A stretch of 64,000 nucleotides of DNA, taken from the NCBI GenBank assembly GCA_002269645.1, contig NIVC01003826.1, positions 1 to 64,000 of the forward strand, in the 5' to 3' direction. A program made the translations under genes and the position numbers. Numbering within the stretch: position 1 is the first letter of the stretch; the number at the start of each line of letters is the position of its first letter. Shown in pieces: positions 33,898 through 46,316 of this stretch. The notes under the pieces are model-generated. The model was not told the DNA's origin, searched no databases, and was given only the letters and a program-made list of their open reading frames with translations. Origin of the DNA: Macrostomum lignano (Eukaryota).

Positions 33898-34623
33898 ATC
33901 TTGCTTGTTAAGTGATTGTTGTTCACTCTTAACTCTAAATGCTCCTAAGGCCACAAACCTCAAGGAAGGAAAAGAAACTTTAGCTACCACATTAAATTTA
34001 AGTGATATTGTGTTAACAATATTAAAAAAAAATTTAAACACTGTGCAAAATTAGACAAAGCCAAAAATTATAGATTAGATACTTAAGTTAATAGGCTAGT
34101 GGTGATAAACAATATTGTTCTTTGCATAAGATGCCAATTGTATAACTTGCAGTTGCAATGGGAGAAATGGCTTACTAGCTTAGGGTGGATACTTTACTAT
34201 GTCTACCAGATTGCTAAAAAATAGATTGATAGAATTAGAGGTTGGACAAATACCTTTATTGTGCAAATGTGTGAAATTTCATGATTTTGTTTTTGTTGGG
34301 TAGGATTATTATTGTGATTGTGGAAATTATTGCCAATATCATTTGCTAATCACTAATCACTAATAAAGCTAAAAACTGAAACAAGACAAAGCTAAAAACT
34401 AAAAATAGCAGTTTTATATTTAAAATGTTTCTATCCTTGAAAACAGTAATAAACTTTGTGCATTTTTGTTAAAGATAACAAACTTTAATTAGTAAAGAAA
34501 CACAAAATTTTTTGGGATGCATTAATTTTACAAAACCCCTTAATATAGATGTCACTAAAATGAGTTGATTTTTTGCAATAATTTAATTTATTTTGAATTC
34601 AATATGTTTATATTGATGTCTAG

Positions 34624-35719
34624 TGTAGTGAGTCGCTAGTTTAGTTAGGCGCCGCACTAGTCAGCTGTTGCCCTCGCCCTCGCCCTGGGCTTCTGTCTGC
34701 CGCTGGGCAGTTGCCTGTCCCCCCCGCCTGTCCTCTGGCTTGTCCTCTGCCCGTTTGCCTGCCTGTCTGTTTGTCCTCGTTTGCCCCCTTTTGTCTCGTT
34801 TTCTCTTTTTGCAGTGCCAAGACAGCTTGGTCTGGCCTGCCTCTGTTTCGTTCTCTGTTTGGCATCTCCAAATTTGGAGTGCCATTCCGTTTTCCGGTCC
34901 CACGGTCACGAGTGCCTTCACTTGTGGGCCTTTTCCCCTTGTCATGTGAGTCAGTCACATGACAAGGCCTTCTTCCTTCTTCAGTCCAAAGTGCAATGAT
35001 TTCATCATTGTGCGCTGGGCTCGTGTTTATGGGGAGATCACGTGCGCCCGGACCCCCCTTGCCTCCTCTGAGGCAGGGGCCGCTTGTTTGTTGCTAAAAA
35101 TAGCAACAGAGTCACTTATGACTCTCAGCGGGGGCCTTTCGTGCTATGGTGCAATCGATCCTCCCTATAAATGCGGCCCCTCTCATGGCTTGGCTCAGAC
35201 AAGCGTTTCTGCGTTTCCGCGTTTTTCCAGATTCATTTCTCCTCTCCGCCGTTTCGATCAGCGCGTGTGCTAAAGTTTAAACTCCAAGACTCCCGACTTT
35301 GTGCGTGACTGCCTCTGATTGTTCCTGCTATCAATTAGCAGGCCAGCTCGGATCGCCCGAAGCTAGCACTTTCGCTCTCACCCCGCACCAGCCCGGCAGG
35401 GACTGCTGACGGTGGGCACCTCTGCGCGAGAACTGCTAAATCTGCACGAAGTGCGAGTCTCTTTCTCTCGTCTTAGTTATTTGCTTCTATGAGCTCAGCA
35501 CCTCACCGAAGGCTGCGACTCTGCGAAGCTGGTGGCAGCGCTACCTACGCTACGAGAACTATTTTCTAAGAAACTGCCAACTGGAGGTCACCAACCAAGA
35601 GCCAGAAGATCTGCTAGGCCACCTCTAGATGCTATCGAGGAAATTATATAACAACACTTCATTGGTGGCAGCGCTCCTATAGAAGGTCTCTAGACAACAG
35701 GCAAGACAACTATACTTCA
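34624..35719 (+). repeat. 5' LTR (1096 bp)
   Basis: TGTAGTGAGTCGC...CAACTATACTTCA; near-identical to 43738-44834; TATAAAT near 35166. Confidence 0.95.
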
Positions 35720-35720
35720 T

Positions 35721-35744
35721 TGGTGACTCAGCGGTGGGATTCGA
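35721..35744 (+). other. Primer binding site, tRNA-Leu-like
   Basis: TGGTGACTCAGCGGTGGGATTCGA directly after the LTR, versus the complement of a tRNA-Leu 3' end, TGGTGGCAGCGGTGGGATTCGA. Confidence 0.7.
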
Positions 35745-35896
35745 CGAGTCAACGACACGACTATTTGGGATTCGAGCGACAAGTCAAGGATCCGACTTCG
35801 AAACACCCAAGACAACCGCTCTTTCGAGTAAGACTTCGGCTATTCTACTAATTTGAAATTTTTAACGAGAGAGAAGAGAGCCGGTGCAGCAGCCGG

Positions 35897-37060
35897 TTGA
35901 GTCAGCACGAGCATATCAGCAGTTCAAGGCCTGCAGCAGCAGCGGCTGCCGCAGCAGCAGCAGTCAACGACCTTGGTCAGCAGATGCCGCGGCGAAGTGC
36001 GAGAAGCGAAGTGTCCGAAGATCCGCCAGACGAGCTTCTGCCAGGTTTGGACGACCTCGGCCAGAACATCAGGCCCCAGGATGTGAGAACGATGATGGCA
36101 GCTCTGCAGCAGCAGATTGAGCGGCCGGTAAGCAAGTCTGTTAAAATTGTAAAGTACACGCCCAGCCAGGACATCCACGTCTGGCTCGCCGCGTTCGAGC
36201 AACGCTGCGAGATGGAGCATATCGAAGACCCGATCGAGATGGAGCATATCGAAGACCCGATCGAGATGAAGCAGCACCTCGTTGCGAGTTTAGATCTGGC
36301 GACTGCTTACCCGGCTCTGCTCAGTATGCACCTCTCACGCTATGCTGGCTACGAGGAGGTCAAGCAGCGATTGATCGAGAGATTCGCCCGCCACGGTGGC
36401 GCTGATGAATATCGAGAGCTGCTGAGGCGCCGTCAGCAAGGCAAGAACGAGTCAGCAGAAGAGTACGCTGATGCCCTGCGCACCTTGGGAGAGCGAGCGT
36501 ACCCTCGAATGCACCCTGAGGATCGAGAGCGGGAGCTGGCTGATCAGTTCCTAGCTGGCATCAGGACGACACCAGATCTGCGCGAGCGGCTCTATTGGGT
36601 CCGCCCGAACAATCTGCTAGCCGCTATTCGAGAACTCCATCGTCTGGAAGGCGCCAAAGAACTGGTGCAGCGCTCTGCTCAACCCCCGGTTCGCATGCTG
36701 AACGGGGAGCGCGACGGTGACCCGACGCCCGACGCCACCGCTCAAGCTCTCCTAGCCCTGACTGATCTGCTAGAGAAACAGCAGCGACTGCTAGACAACC
36801 TGGTGCAGCGTGACCAGCAGTAGAAGACGAGTCCGCCTGCGAAAGCCATGATCTGCTATGGCTGCGGTCAGCCTGGTCATCGCAATGCACAGTGCCCGTT
36901 ACGCCAGAACCAGGGAAACGGCGAGACGGAGAGCGCCCACGGCAACGCCCTCCGCAGAGCCCAAGCCCCGGCTACTTGGCAGACTCCGAACGCTCACCAG
37001 AAGAAGAGGATGTCGGCTGCGCAGGCGCCAATGCCCAGTCCGACAGTCGCTCATCAGTAA
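35897..37060 (+). pseudogene. gag: gag with CCHC zinc knuckle; in-frame TAG at 36821
   Basis: WLAAFEQRC...RRRQQGKNESAEEYADALR capsid-like motifs; CYGCGQPGHRNAQC is in frame after the stop. Confidence 0.85.
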
Positions 37061-37100
37061 GTGAGGCTGAGTGCGGAGGTTTCGTGGACACCTCCGATGA

Positions 37101-40100
37101 TCAAAAATCCATGCGCGTGAGGCTGATCCGTACGTCACCGGCCGATTGGCGGGCCGAGAAGTCCCTTTCCTACTAGACAGCGGCAGTCGGAAAAACTTTC
37201 TTGGAGCGTCGACCTGGGCCAATGCTAGACGTCGGATGCCTCGTTGTATCATATCGCATGCTATCCCGGATTGCGTGACCATGTACGACGGTACGCAACT
37301 ACCCCTTGCGTGTAAGGTGATCATCTCGGTGGAGTTCGGTGATGTCGTCGCGGACACCGAATTCCTGGTCACGGTCATCGATTGTGAAAATTTGCTTGGT
37401 ATTAATTTCATGCGTGAACACTGCCAAAACTTGGACTTTGCTCAAGGAATGTTAAAGTTCAACAATGGCGCGTGCATTCCCGTTTGCTATTCGCGCCGTG
37501 AGCTTCAATCATGCCGGGTGTACACCTCCGAGAAGTGCACTCTGCCGCTGAGAAGCTCAGCGCTGTTGGCCGTCCAGTTGGATGTCGGCCACCCCGAGAA
37601 CCGAGGATCGCCATCAATCGTCGAGCTGGTGAAGTCGAGACTGCACCCCAGCTGCAACACTCTGGAAGCAGCTCCAGCTCTGATGACGATGCCTGAAGGT
37701 CGAGGCTACATCGAGGTCGTCAACACTGCTGACTGCGAGGTGTTCCTGCAGTCGGGCATCCGCGTTGGTGTTGCGACACCACTTAGAACTGCCGACCTGA
37801 TGTACCTGGAAGAGACGCTGGAACCTGAAGTGCGAAATTTGCCAAGGAGCCCTGAAGAGTCCAGCACAGCTTGGCTAGAGGAAGTCGAGATCAACAGCGA
37901 ACTGTCCGAAGATCAACGACAGAGAGTGCGAGATCTACTAGTTAAGTGTCAAGCAGCCTTCTCGAAGCACCTGCTAGACGCTGGCCTGACACACCTGGTG
38001 ACTCACGAGATCATCCTGAAGGATCGGACACCAGTCGCGCTACCACCGCGCAGGATCCCGCCTCATCTGAAGGACAAGCTAGACGCGCTGCTAGACGAGA
38101 TGCTGGCGAAGCACATCATTCGCCCAGCTTATTCTAGCTACAACTCGCCAATGCTGATAGTGCCCAAGAAGGACGGCAACATCAGGCTGGTGCATGACTT
38201 CAGAGCTCTCAACGACAAGTGCGTGTACCACCCGTACCCGCTGCCGCACATTCAGGAGACCTTCGCGAAGCTGCGTGGTGCCCAGTGGTACTCTAGCTTG
38301 GATCTCGCTCAGGGATTCTGGCAGATCCCGCTGCGCGACTGCGATCAGCACCTGACGGCGTTCTCTGTGATTGACCGCGGACAATTCTGTTTCAATGTTC
38401 TACCAATGGGTCTCCACGATAGTCCAGGCAGCTTTCAGCGTTGCATCAATAAGCTCCTGGACGGTCTGACGCCAAAGACTGTGCTTGGCTACATGAACGA
38501 CATCGTGGTGCACTCCGTGACCTTCGAGGAGCAGCTGGACAACCTGCGGACTGTACTCCAGCGGATTATCGCAGCCAACCTCAAGGTCAAGCCGAAGAAG
38601 TGCCATTTGTTCCTCAAGGAGCTGCATTATCTAGGCCACGTCGTGACTCCCAACGGCCTGAAGACCTGTGAGGACAAGATTGCGCAGATCCGTGATTGGC
38701 CCGTGCCACAGTCCGTTACTCAACTGAGACAATTCCTAGGCCTCGCCAATTACTACCACAAGTTTGTCAACGGCTACGCTGGATTTGCTGCGCCGCTGCA
38801 TGCCCTGACTCGAAAGGACATCGGCAGCCTGCGGCAGCATTGGACTGATGAGCACCAGGTAGCGTTCGACACGTTGAAGAAGAAGTTGTGTTCGACTGAA
38901 GTTCTCGCTCTGCCTGAGTTTAACTCAGATCCTGATGTGAAGTTTGTCCTAGACACTGATGCCTCAGACATTCGCATAGGCGCTTGTCTTGGACAACGGC
39001 AATCCGACGGCGTCGAGCGCCCAATTGCATTCTTTAGTCGGAAACTTCGTGATCCTGAGAAGCGCTACACGGTCACGAAGAAAGAGCTGCTTGCAATCGT
39101 GGACGCGATGCGACATTTCCGTCACTATTTAATCGGCAAGAAGTTTGAAGTTCGTTCTGACCATCGGGCCTTGCTGTGGCTGCTGAACCAGACGCAGGTC
39201 ACAGGCATCTTGGGCCGTTGGATTGAGCGATTAAGCGAGTTCCGCTTCCAGCTTCACCATCGCAAAGGCAAGGACCACGCCAACGCTGACGCCCTGTCAA
39301 GACGCCCGGAGACACCACCGATTGACTTCGAACATGGCCGACTGCTGGAGCACTCCGGTTCTGCAGCCCGACCCGGTGATGACACCAGCCTGGAGCAGGA
39401 CTTGGACACCACACGTGGGGCCACTGCGAGAGCAGCCCGCACGAAGAAGGTCCACACTCGCAACAAGGAGGCCGAAACTGCCCTGGCCGAAGACCTGGAG
39501 GCCACTGCGCCAGCAGCCCTTCAGCACGACGATCATCACTGCAGTCAACGCCTGGAGACCAGTTTGGACAGCAACCCGGAGGCCACTGACACCTCAGCCC
39601 TCCGCAGCGACGCCCACGCCGACTGCCGTTACTTGGAGATTCGCCCGGACAAAACCTCGGAGGCCACTGCTGACGTAGACCTCCTTGATGATGTCCAAGA
39701 CTGCGGATCTCGGAACCTGGAGACGCCCATGGACTACGACTCAGAGGCCACTGAACAAGCAGCTCTACTGATGACAGCCCACAACACGAATCCAGACCAG
39801 CAATGTAAGTTCAACTCCCCGGAGTTTTGCGCTGAGAGTTCTCGCCGTGTTGACAGAGGCCAGACTCTCGCGACGGCTGCAAGGTCAACGCTCTGTCCCC
39901 CGAGCCGACAGACAGCTGCTCATCGCCTGTGCGGAAAGTCGAGTCCCCCTTTGCGACACCGCCCAGTGCTGGAGAAGACTCACCCAATGACGACGATGAT
40001 CGAGCCGACGGCTACGGCTGCCTGCGACGAGGCGGGCTTCACGTGTTGCGTCTCGCCTTACAGCCAAGAGTCGCCTGGGCTGTGCAGTGGAGGCAAGTGC

Positions 40101-40322
40101 ACTGCACCAGCTGCGGAAATTCCTGTCAAGAGAGCGACGATGAGAACTTCGAAACGAGATCAGCGATTGTACGCCGACGTTGCGAGACAAAGTCCCTCGG
40201 AGCGACCTAATCCTGACGCCGACAAGACGGAGTCGCGTGATCAACTGCGAGCCACAGAAGCGGAGGCTGAAGAAAAATCCGGAACCCTCAGCCATGCCGC
40301 GCCGTGCTCACCGATTTTCTGA
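37101..40322 (+). pseudogene. pol: pol: aspartic protease, reverse transcriptase, RNase H, then a long spacer
   Basis: FLLDSGS; LDLAQGFWQIPL; RT catalytic motif reads YMND instead of YxDD; RNase H DTDAS...KELLAIV...SDHRAL...NADALSR. Confidence 0.92.
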
Positions 40323-42110
40323 GGTTGCCGATGACGCGGCAACAGTTTGTCGACGCGCAGCGCGCCGACCGAGCTATCAGCTATGTGCTCAATTTGGTCG
40401 AGAACAAAGCCCCGAAGCCTGAGTTCGACGCCCGGTTGCGGCTGACGAAGGAGCAGCGGAACCTGCTCGGATATTACGATAATCTACGAGAAGACAACGG
40501 CCTGCTGATGATCGATCTGACTGATGGCCAGCAGCCCCCGAAGGTTGTCCTGCCCGAAGCTCTAGATGCCCAGGTGCTCCAGGAGCTCCACAGTTCGCCA
40601 CTGTGTGGACACCTCGGCCAGACGAAGACGTTGAAGCGGCTACGTGAACGATTCTGGAGGCCCGGACTAGCCCGTGTCACCGAGAACTTTATTAGTAAGT
40701 GCCGCGCCTGTCTTGAAAGTAAATCCCGAAGACGAGACCGAGTACCTGTACAGAGCTTCCCTGTGTGCGAAGTTCTGGGAAGAGTACATTGCGACGTAGT
40801 AGGCCCTATTGCCCAGAAGAGCAAGAGCGGAAACCGCTACATCTTGACGCTATGCGACGCGAATTCGAAGAACCCGTTCGCCTATCCGATGAGGAACCAG
40901 AAAGCCAAGACGGTCATCAAGATCCTGCAGGAGCGCTTGATCCCTGACTTTGGTGTACCATGCTGGATACACACTGATCAAGGAACCAATTTCATTGGCT
41001 CAGCTTTCAAGAAGTTCTGCGACCTGTTTGGCATCCGGCATACGACGACAACACCGTACAATCCATCTTCAAATGGGCAAGTCGAGAACCTCAACAAGCA
41101 GCTGAAGAGTGTCCTCACCTGCCTCCTCGAGCGCAACCATAACGACTGGGACACCTTTCTCCCAGCCTGTCTGATGGCTCTCCGCTCTAGTGTACACCCG
41201 GTGACAGGCTTCACGCCACACTACCTGGTGTTTGGTCGAGATTTTCGACTACCAATCGACAACGCGATCAAGAAGCTGCCGGAGTATGCCGATCTGCCTG
41301 ACTATGTTAATGACTTCCAGCGCCGATTGGACGAAGCAACCGAACTGGCCAAAGACCGCCTGCATCTGCACCAGCAGCTGCGCGACGAGCCCTACTCGAA
41401 CCTGCCCGCCGCCAAGAAGCTCCAACCTGGTGACCTGGTTTTCCTCAACAACCCGGTGCTCGAACCGGATGAAGCGGCGAAGTTCCATCGACCTCGCAAA
41501 GCGCTGTACGAGGTAGTCGAACCCAAGGGCGAGGTCGTCTACAAGATTCGCCGTAGAGTGCCAAACCCGCGGGCCAGACGCGACGAGCTAGTAGTCCATC
41601 GCCGGAATCTGCTGCTCGTACCTGATGCCGACTACCAGCTGACTTCGGATCCAGAAGTCGACAAGGCCAAGAAGCGCCGCAGGTCGACTGATACCCCGGA
41701 CGGTGCAGGACCCGCGACCCTGACACCGATCCCGGAGGACGATCCCGATGACGATGATGATGACGATGACGCATGGTTGGCCTTCCGGTGGCACTTCCGG
41801 CCGTTGGCGATCCCGGATGTGCGGCCAGGAGGTGGACCGGTCACGACACCAGCGAACCAGGCAAGTGCATTTCGGCGTGAGCCACTGCCGTATGGTGATC
41901 GCCATGATGGTGTGCCTGGTTTGAATGCGTCTGCACCTGCTGCTTCTTTTTCACCTGTCCATGCGTCTCCTCTTCCCGAACCTTTTTCTGCGGTGCAGTC
42001 TCCTGCGCCACCTTCTTGCACCACTCAGGTGGAAGCGTCTCCCATACCAGTAGTGGTAGGTAGGCCAGTTAGGGATCGGAGGCCGCCGGAGAGGCTTCTG
42101 ATTAGCGATC
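40304..42110 (+). CDS. gypsy integrase (HHCC, DDE, GPY/F-like) in a different frame from pol; 3' end approximate
   Basis: LHSSPLCGHLG...CRAC; HCDVVGP; HTDQGTNF; NGQVENLN; PGDLVFL; C-terminal RDRRPPERL. Confidence 0.9.
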
Positions 42111-42181
42111 GTAGGGCCAAAACGTACGTTAGTCGCACCGCCCGCATGCGTGTGCACAAATTAAAACCTTGCAGCGCAGAA

Positions 42182-43220
42182 ATGCACAAGCGACAGCACC
42201 AGCCGACTCCAAGCTCGTCATCCGAGAGTGACCAGGGCCGGCCCAGTCGGAGCCGCCAAAGGCCGGGCACCCCGTCCTCCCCGGAGGTCATGGGCATTCC
42301 GCGCCGGCCTCTCGCCACTCGCCAATTGGCCCAAGTGGAGGGCCGCGAGCATCCAGAGCGCCCGCCTCGACGCGGACGGGAGCACGGCCGGCGAAGCGAC
42401 TCGCCATCGCCGGAGCCGCGGATCACAGGACACTGTCAGGGCTGAAGCCCCTGAAGTGATCGATCTAACGGCTGATTCCCCGCCGGAGATCAGCAGTGTT
42501 CGCCGACTCATGGCCCAGCGGTTGGCCGCGGCTTTTGCCTACGTCCAACTGAAGCAGGAGGTCAGCCGAGGCCTCCAAGCGGTCCGCCGCCACATTGCTG
42601 ATTCTTTTTCAGGAGCGGGACCAGAAGCCCTGGGTGCAGCCCGCCAACATGATCCTGGCGAGGCCACGAGTGCCGGGCCGCGGAACGCGCCGGCAACAGG
42701 GATCCATTATGCGCAGGCGGAGTCGCCGATGTTGATCGCCGACGGCGTTCCGCTGCCAAGTAGCGGCCACAGAGATCCAGACCCGCCGAACGACCCGTGG
42801 GACGACCTTCGGGAAGCGTTGGGCCGCGAGCTGCCCCGCGCCCCGCCGCCCACGCCGGCGGACCCGCCACTACTGGTCCATGTCGGCACCCAGACCAGCG
42901 AGCTACCGGATGATGACGGACGAGCGGCGCTGCTGACCGCCGCCTCTTGCCTGGCGAGTAATCTGTTAGGCAGCGCGGCCCGCCATGGACACGTGCCCGC
43001 TGTGCTCGCGGGCCCTATCTGGAACAGCCTGCGCCAGACTACCGTCATTGAGCGCATGACAATTATGGAAGAGGCTGTTCGCCTGAGCGGCTCTGATCTG
43101 CAGCCGCCGCTGCGGCCGTACGCCGCGCACCATGCCACGCTGGTCGTGATGCGACACCTCGGCGGCAGCGAGGCAGAGCTGCCTGCGGTCCTGGCTCGCC
43201 CTCCGCTGGACTATCTGTAA
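42182..43220 (+). CDS. Accessory third ORF of the gypsy element, not env-like; probable frameshift near 42440
   Basis: Arg/Ser/Pro-rich start MHKRQHQP..., then EVIDLTADSPPE... and a helical-looking C-terminus ending 517 bp before the 3' LTR. Confidence 0.55.
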
Positions 43221-43737
43221 ACGGAAAGGAAGACATGCTTGCTCTCGACTCTGCCTTAGCCGGCCCACTATTTATCCTAGGGACCGGTGCCCGCAGTTCC
43301 CCTTTTTGTTGTTGGTTGATGCCGCGATGTTGGTGTTCTCCAGCATCTAGGTTTGCACGGAATTGCCCAGCTCAGCCCCTTTTTGGGGGTTGCCCCTGTT
43401 AAGGTGTTGTAGGCCGGTAGTTATTTTATTCAGGTCGCGGCCTTTGAGTCTCCAGCTGCTCGCTCTGGGTGTGGAGCTAGCTCAGGAACGAAGAGCGCCT
43501 TTGTTTAGTGGATTGGCGCCCACACCGGTATTTAGGCGCCTTTCTGATAGCAGGCCAGTGCCCCTGCGGTATCGGGCGAGAACTCTGTGGCCTGCCCAGC
43601 CAAGCAATTACGTAACAGCATTTTATGTTAGGCCTCAACTTCCGTTCCTTTTTATTTGACATTTGCATTAAACCTGCATTTGATTTTAAATAAAGCGCGC
43701 GCCGCTGCACTCCGCCTCTTTATTTGAACATGGAGAG

Positions 43738-44834
43738 TGTAGTGAGTCGCTAGTTTAGTTAGGCGCCGCACTAGTCAGCTGTTGCCCTCGCCCTCGCCCT
43801 GGGCTTCTGTCTGCCGCTGGGCAGTTGCCTGTCCCCCCCGCCTGTCCTCTGGCTTGTCCTCTGCCCGTTTGCCTGCCTGTCTGTTTGTCCTCGTTTGCCC
43901 CCTTTTGTCTCGTTTTCTCTTTTTGCAGTGCCAAGACAGCTTGGTCTGGCCTGCCTCTGTTTAGTTCTCTGTTTGGCATCTCCAAATTTGGAGTGCCATT
44001 CCGTTTTCCGGTCCCACGGTCACGAGTGCCTTCACTTGTGGGCCTTTTCCCCTTGTCATGTGAGTCAGTCACATGACAAGGCCTTCTTCCTTCTTTAGTC
44101 CAAAGTGCAATGATTTCATCATTGTGCGCTGGGCTCGTGTTTATGGGGAGATCACGTGCGCCCGGACCCACTCTTGCCTCCTCTAAGGCAGGGCCCACTT
44201 GTTTGTTGCTAAAAATAGCAACAGAGTCACTTATGACTCTTAGCGGGGGCCTTTCGTGCTATGGTGCAATCGATCCTCCCTATAAATGCGGCCCCTCTCA
44301 TGGCTTGGCTCAGACAAGCGTTTCTGCATTTCCGCGTTTTTCCATATTCATTTCTCCTCTCCGCCGTTTCGATCAGCGCGTGTGCTAAAGTTTAAACTCC
44401 AAGACTCCTGACTTTGCGCGTGACTGCCTCTGATTGTTCCTGCTATCAATTAGCAGGCCAGCTTGGATCGCCCGAAGCTAGCACTTTCGCTCTCACCCCG
44501 CACCAGCCCGGCAGGGACTGCTGACGGTGGGCACCTCTGTGCGAGAACTGCTAAATCTGCACGAAGTGCGAGTCTCTTTCTCTCGTCTTAGTTATTTGCT
44601 TCTACGAGCTCAGCACCTCACCGAAGGCTGCGACTCTGCGAAGCTGGTGGCAGCACTACCTACGCTACGAGAACTACTTTCTAAGAAACCGCCAACTAGA
44701 GGTCACCGACCAGGAGCCAGAAGATCTGCCAGGCCACCTCTAGACGCTATCGAGGAAATTATATAACAACACTTCATTGGTGGCAGCGCTCCTATAGAAG
44801 GCCTCTAGACAACAGGCAAGACAACTATACTTCA
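43738..44834 (+). repeat. 3' LTR (1097 bp)
   Basis: Matches the 5' LTR with scattered substitutions; preceded by a short purine run GGAGAG. Confidence 0.95.
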
Positions 44835-45625
44835 CTAGGTAATCTACGCTATATTTAGAATATTGGTATTTAACCTAGGGCTCTTGGTTTTATTCTATTT
44901 TATATATCTAGGATTCTTGTGATGTAGTCTTATTTTGAATGAGCTAATAATAAAATTAAATTAAATTTTTATTAAAATTATAATTAAATTAAAATTAAAT
45001 TAAATTAAATTAAAGCTTAAACTAGGATAGAACTTTGTATTTTATATCAATGTAATTTTTTATGCCAAGTCCAAAGTTGTTTATATGTCAATTTTTTGAG
45101 AATATACATTTCTAAAATAAGAAAGTTTTACTAAACTTTAAAAAGATTTTTTTCCCTAAAAACTGATGTTCTTTGTTTTAATTGATATTTTATAGTTTTG
45201 CTTCTTATTATTTTTGAAAGAGCTTTTATTGGTTGATATTTAACTATACAATTTACATTAGGCTATGGTGGTAGGGTTACCAGTGTGCGGGCGTAACTTT
45301 TTCTATAACTTTTTCTGTGTAATTTTTGCATAAACTTTTCTGAGTAACTTGTGCATCATCTCTACTGGAGGGCCTGACATCACTGCCTCCCATTGGCCCA
45401 GCTCATGACCCAATGGTTGTTTATACTCGCAGTGCATGGTGTAGCAGCTACCTCCACTACTAGTATTTTTTTCCTTTTTAATTTCTTTTGCTTATTTTGC
45501 ACAGAGCCCATCTTGGGATCCCCAGTTTGGTTTGCTTTACCCACCTACGGATCCTATGAAGGCCCCCTTTTCTGGCTTATGTTAACTCCCCTATTTATAT
45601 GCTACTTAGTATACCCACTCATTAT

Positions 45626-46316
45626 CCCTATTGGAATAATTTGACAAAACGCGGATGACCGTCCGTCGCATTTTTGGATTCTCCTGGTGTCGCGTCGTGC
45701 GATAGTGGTGTCAAGTGATGTGTGTCGCGTCGCGCGACACTGTCGAAACCTGGTGTCGTCATGGGTTGTGTCGCACGACACGACACAACGAGACGCGAAA
45801 GTGTGGCAACTTGGCGGCTGGTGTCGTCATGTGTCGCGTTGCGGCCTAGATCTGCAGCCAAAACCTCGCAAACTGTTCTTCTTTATTCTTCTTTCTTCTT
45901 GAATTGTTCTTTTTTATTTTGATGGTAAAATAACTAATACTTCAAATATAATTTTTAGAAATGTTACTTGTTAGTTACAATGCATGCACTGTTTTTCTAA
46001 CTGTTGTACTTTTGTTGTTTTACTGTTTATTGTTTTTAAATTTCATTTCTTTTTTCCGCAAAATTGAAAGGAATACTCTTGTCCCTCGCTTCATGGTCTT
46101 GGTGTTGGGAGTGAACGGCAGAACGAGAATTGTCAATTGCAACGTGGCTGCTGTGGCGTCCTCCCCCTTCGGTCATTTGGTCAACAGACATTGGTGTTGT
46201 GTTGCGCGTCGCTGCCCCACAGCCAACAAAATTTGGTGTTGCGTTGCACTTTTGAGGGCACAATTTTGGCACCCGTGTCGCGCGTCCGCGGGTTTTTGAA
46301 ACTTATTCCAATAGGG
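45626..46316. mobile_element. Non-autonomous DNA transposon (MITE) with 8-bp TSD
   Basis: TIRs CCCTATTGGAATAA...TTATTCCAATAGGG; flanks CTCATTAT / CTCATTGT; many internal GTGTCGCG motifs. Confidence 0.75.

Larger units (their letters stand above)
34624..44834 (+). mobile_element. Full-length Ty3/gypsy LTR retrotransposon
   Basis: TG...CA LTRs, 4-bp TSD CTAG (34620-34623 and 44835-44838), PBS, gag then PR-RT-RH-INT domain order. Confidence 0.96.

Noticed and set aside
34641-34958. Antisense ORF in both LTRs (also 43755-44198)
   Set aside because: Explained by the pyrimidine-rich U3 composition and LTR identity; no recognisable domain.
42228-43220. env gene of the gypsy element
   Set aside because: No signal peptide, furin site or transmembrane segment; kept as an unknown accessory ORF.
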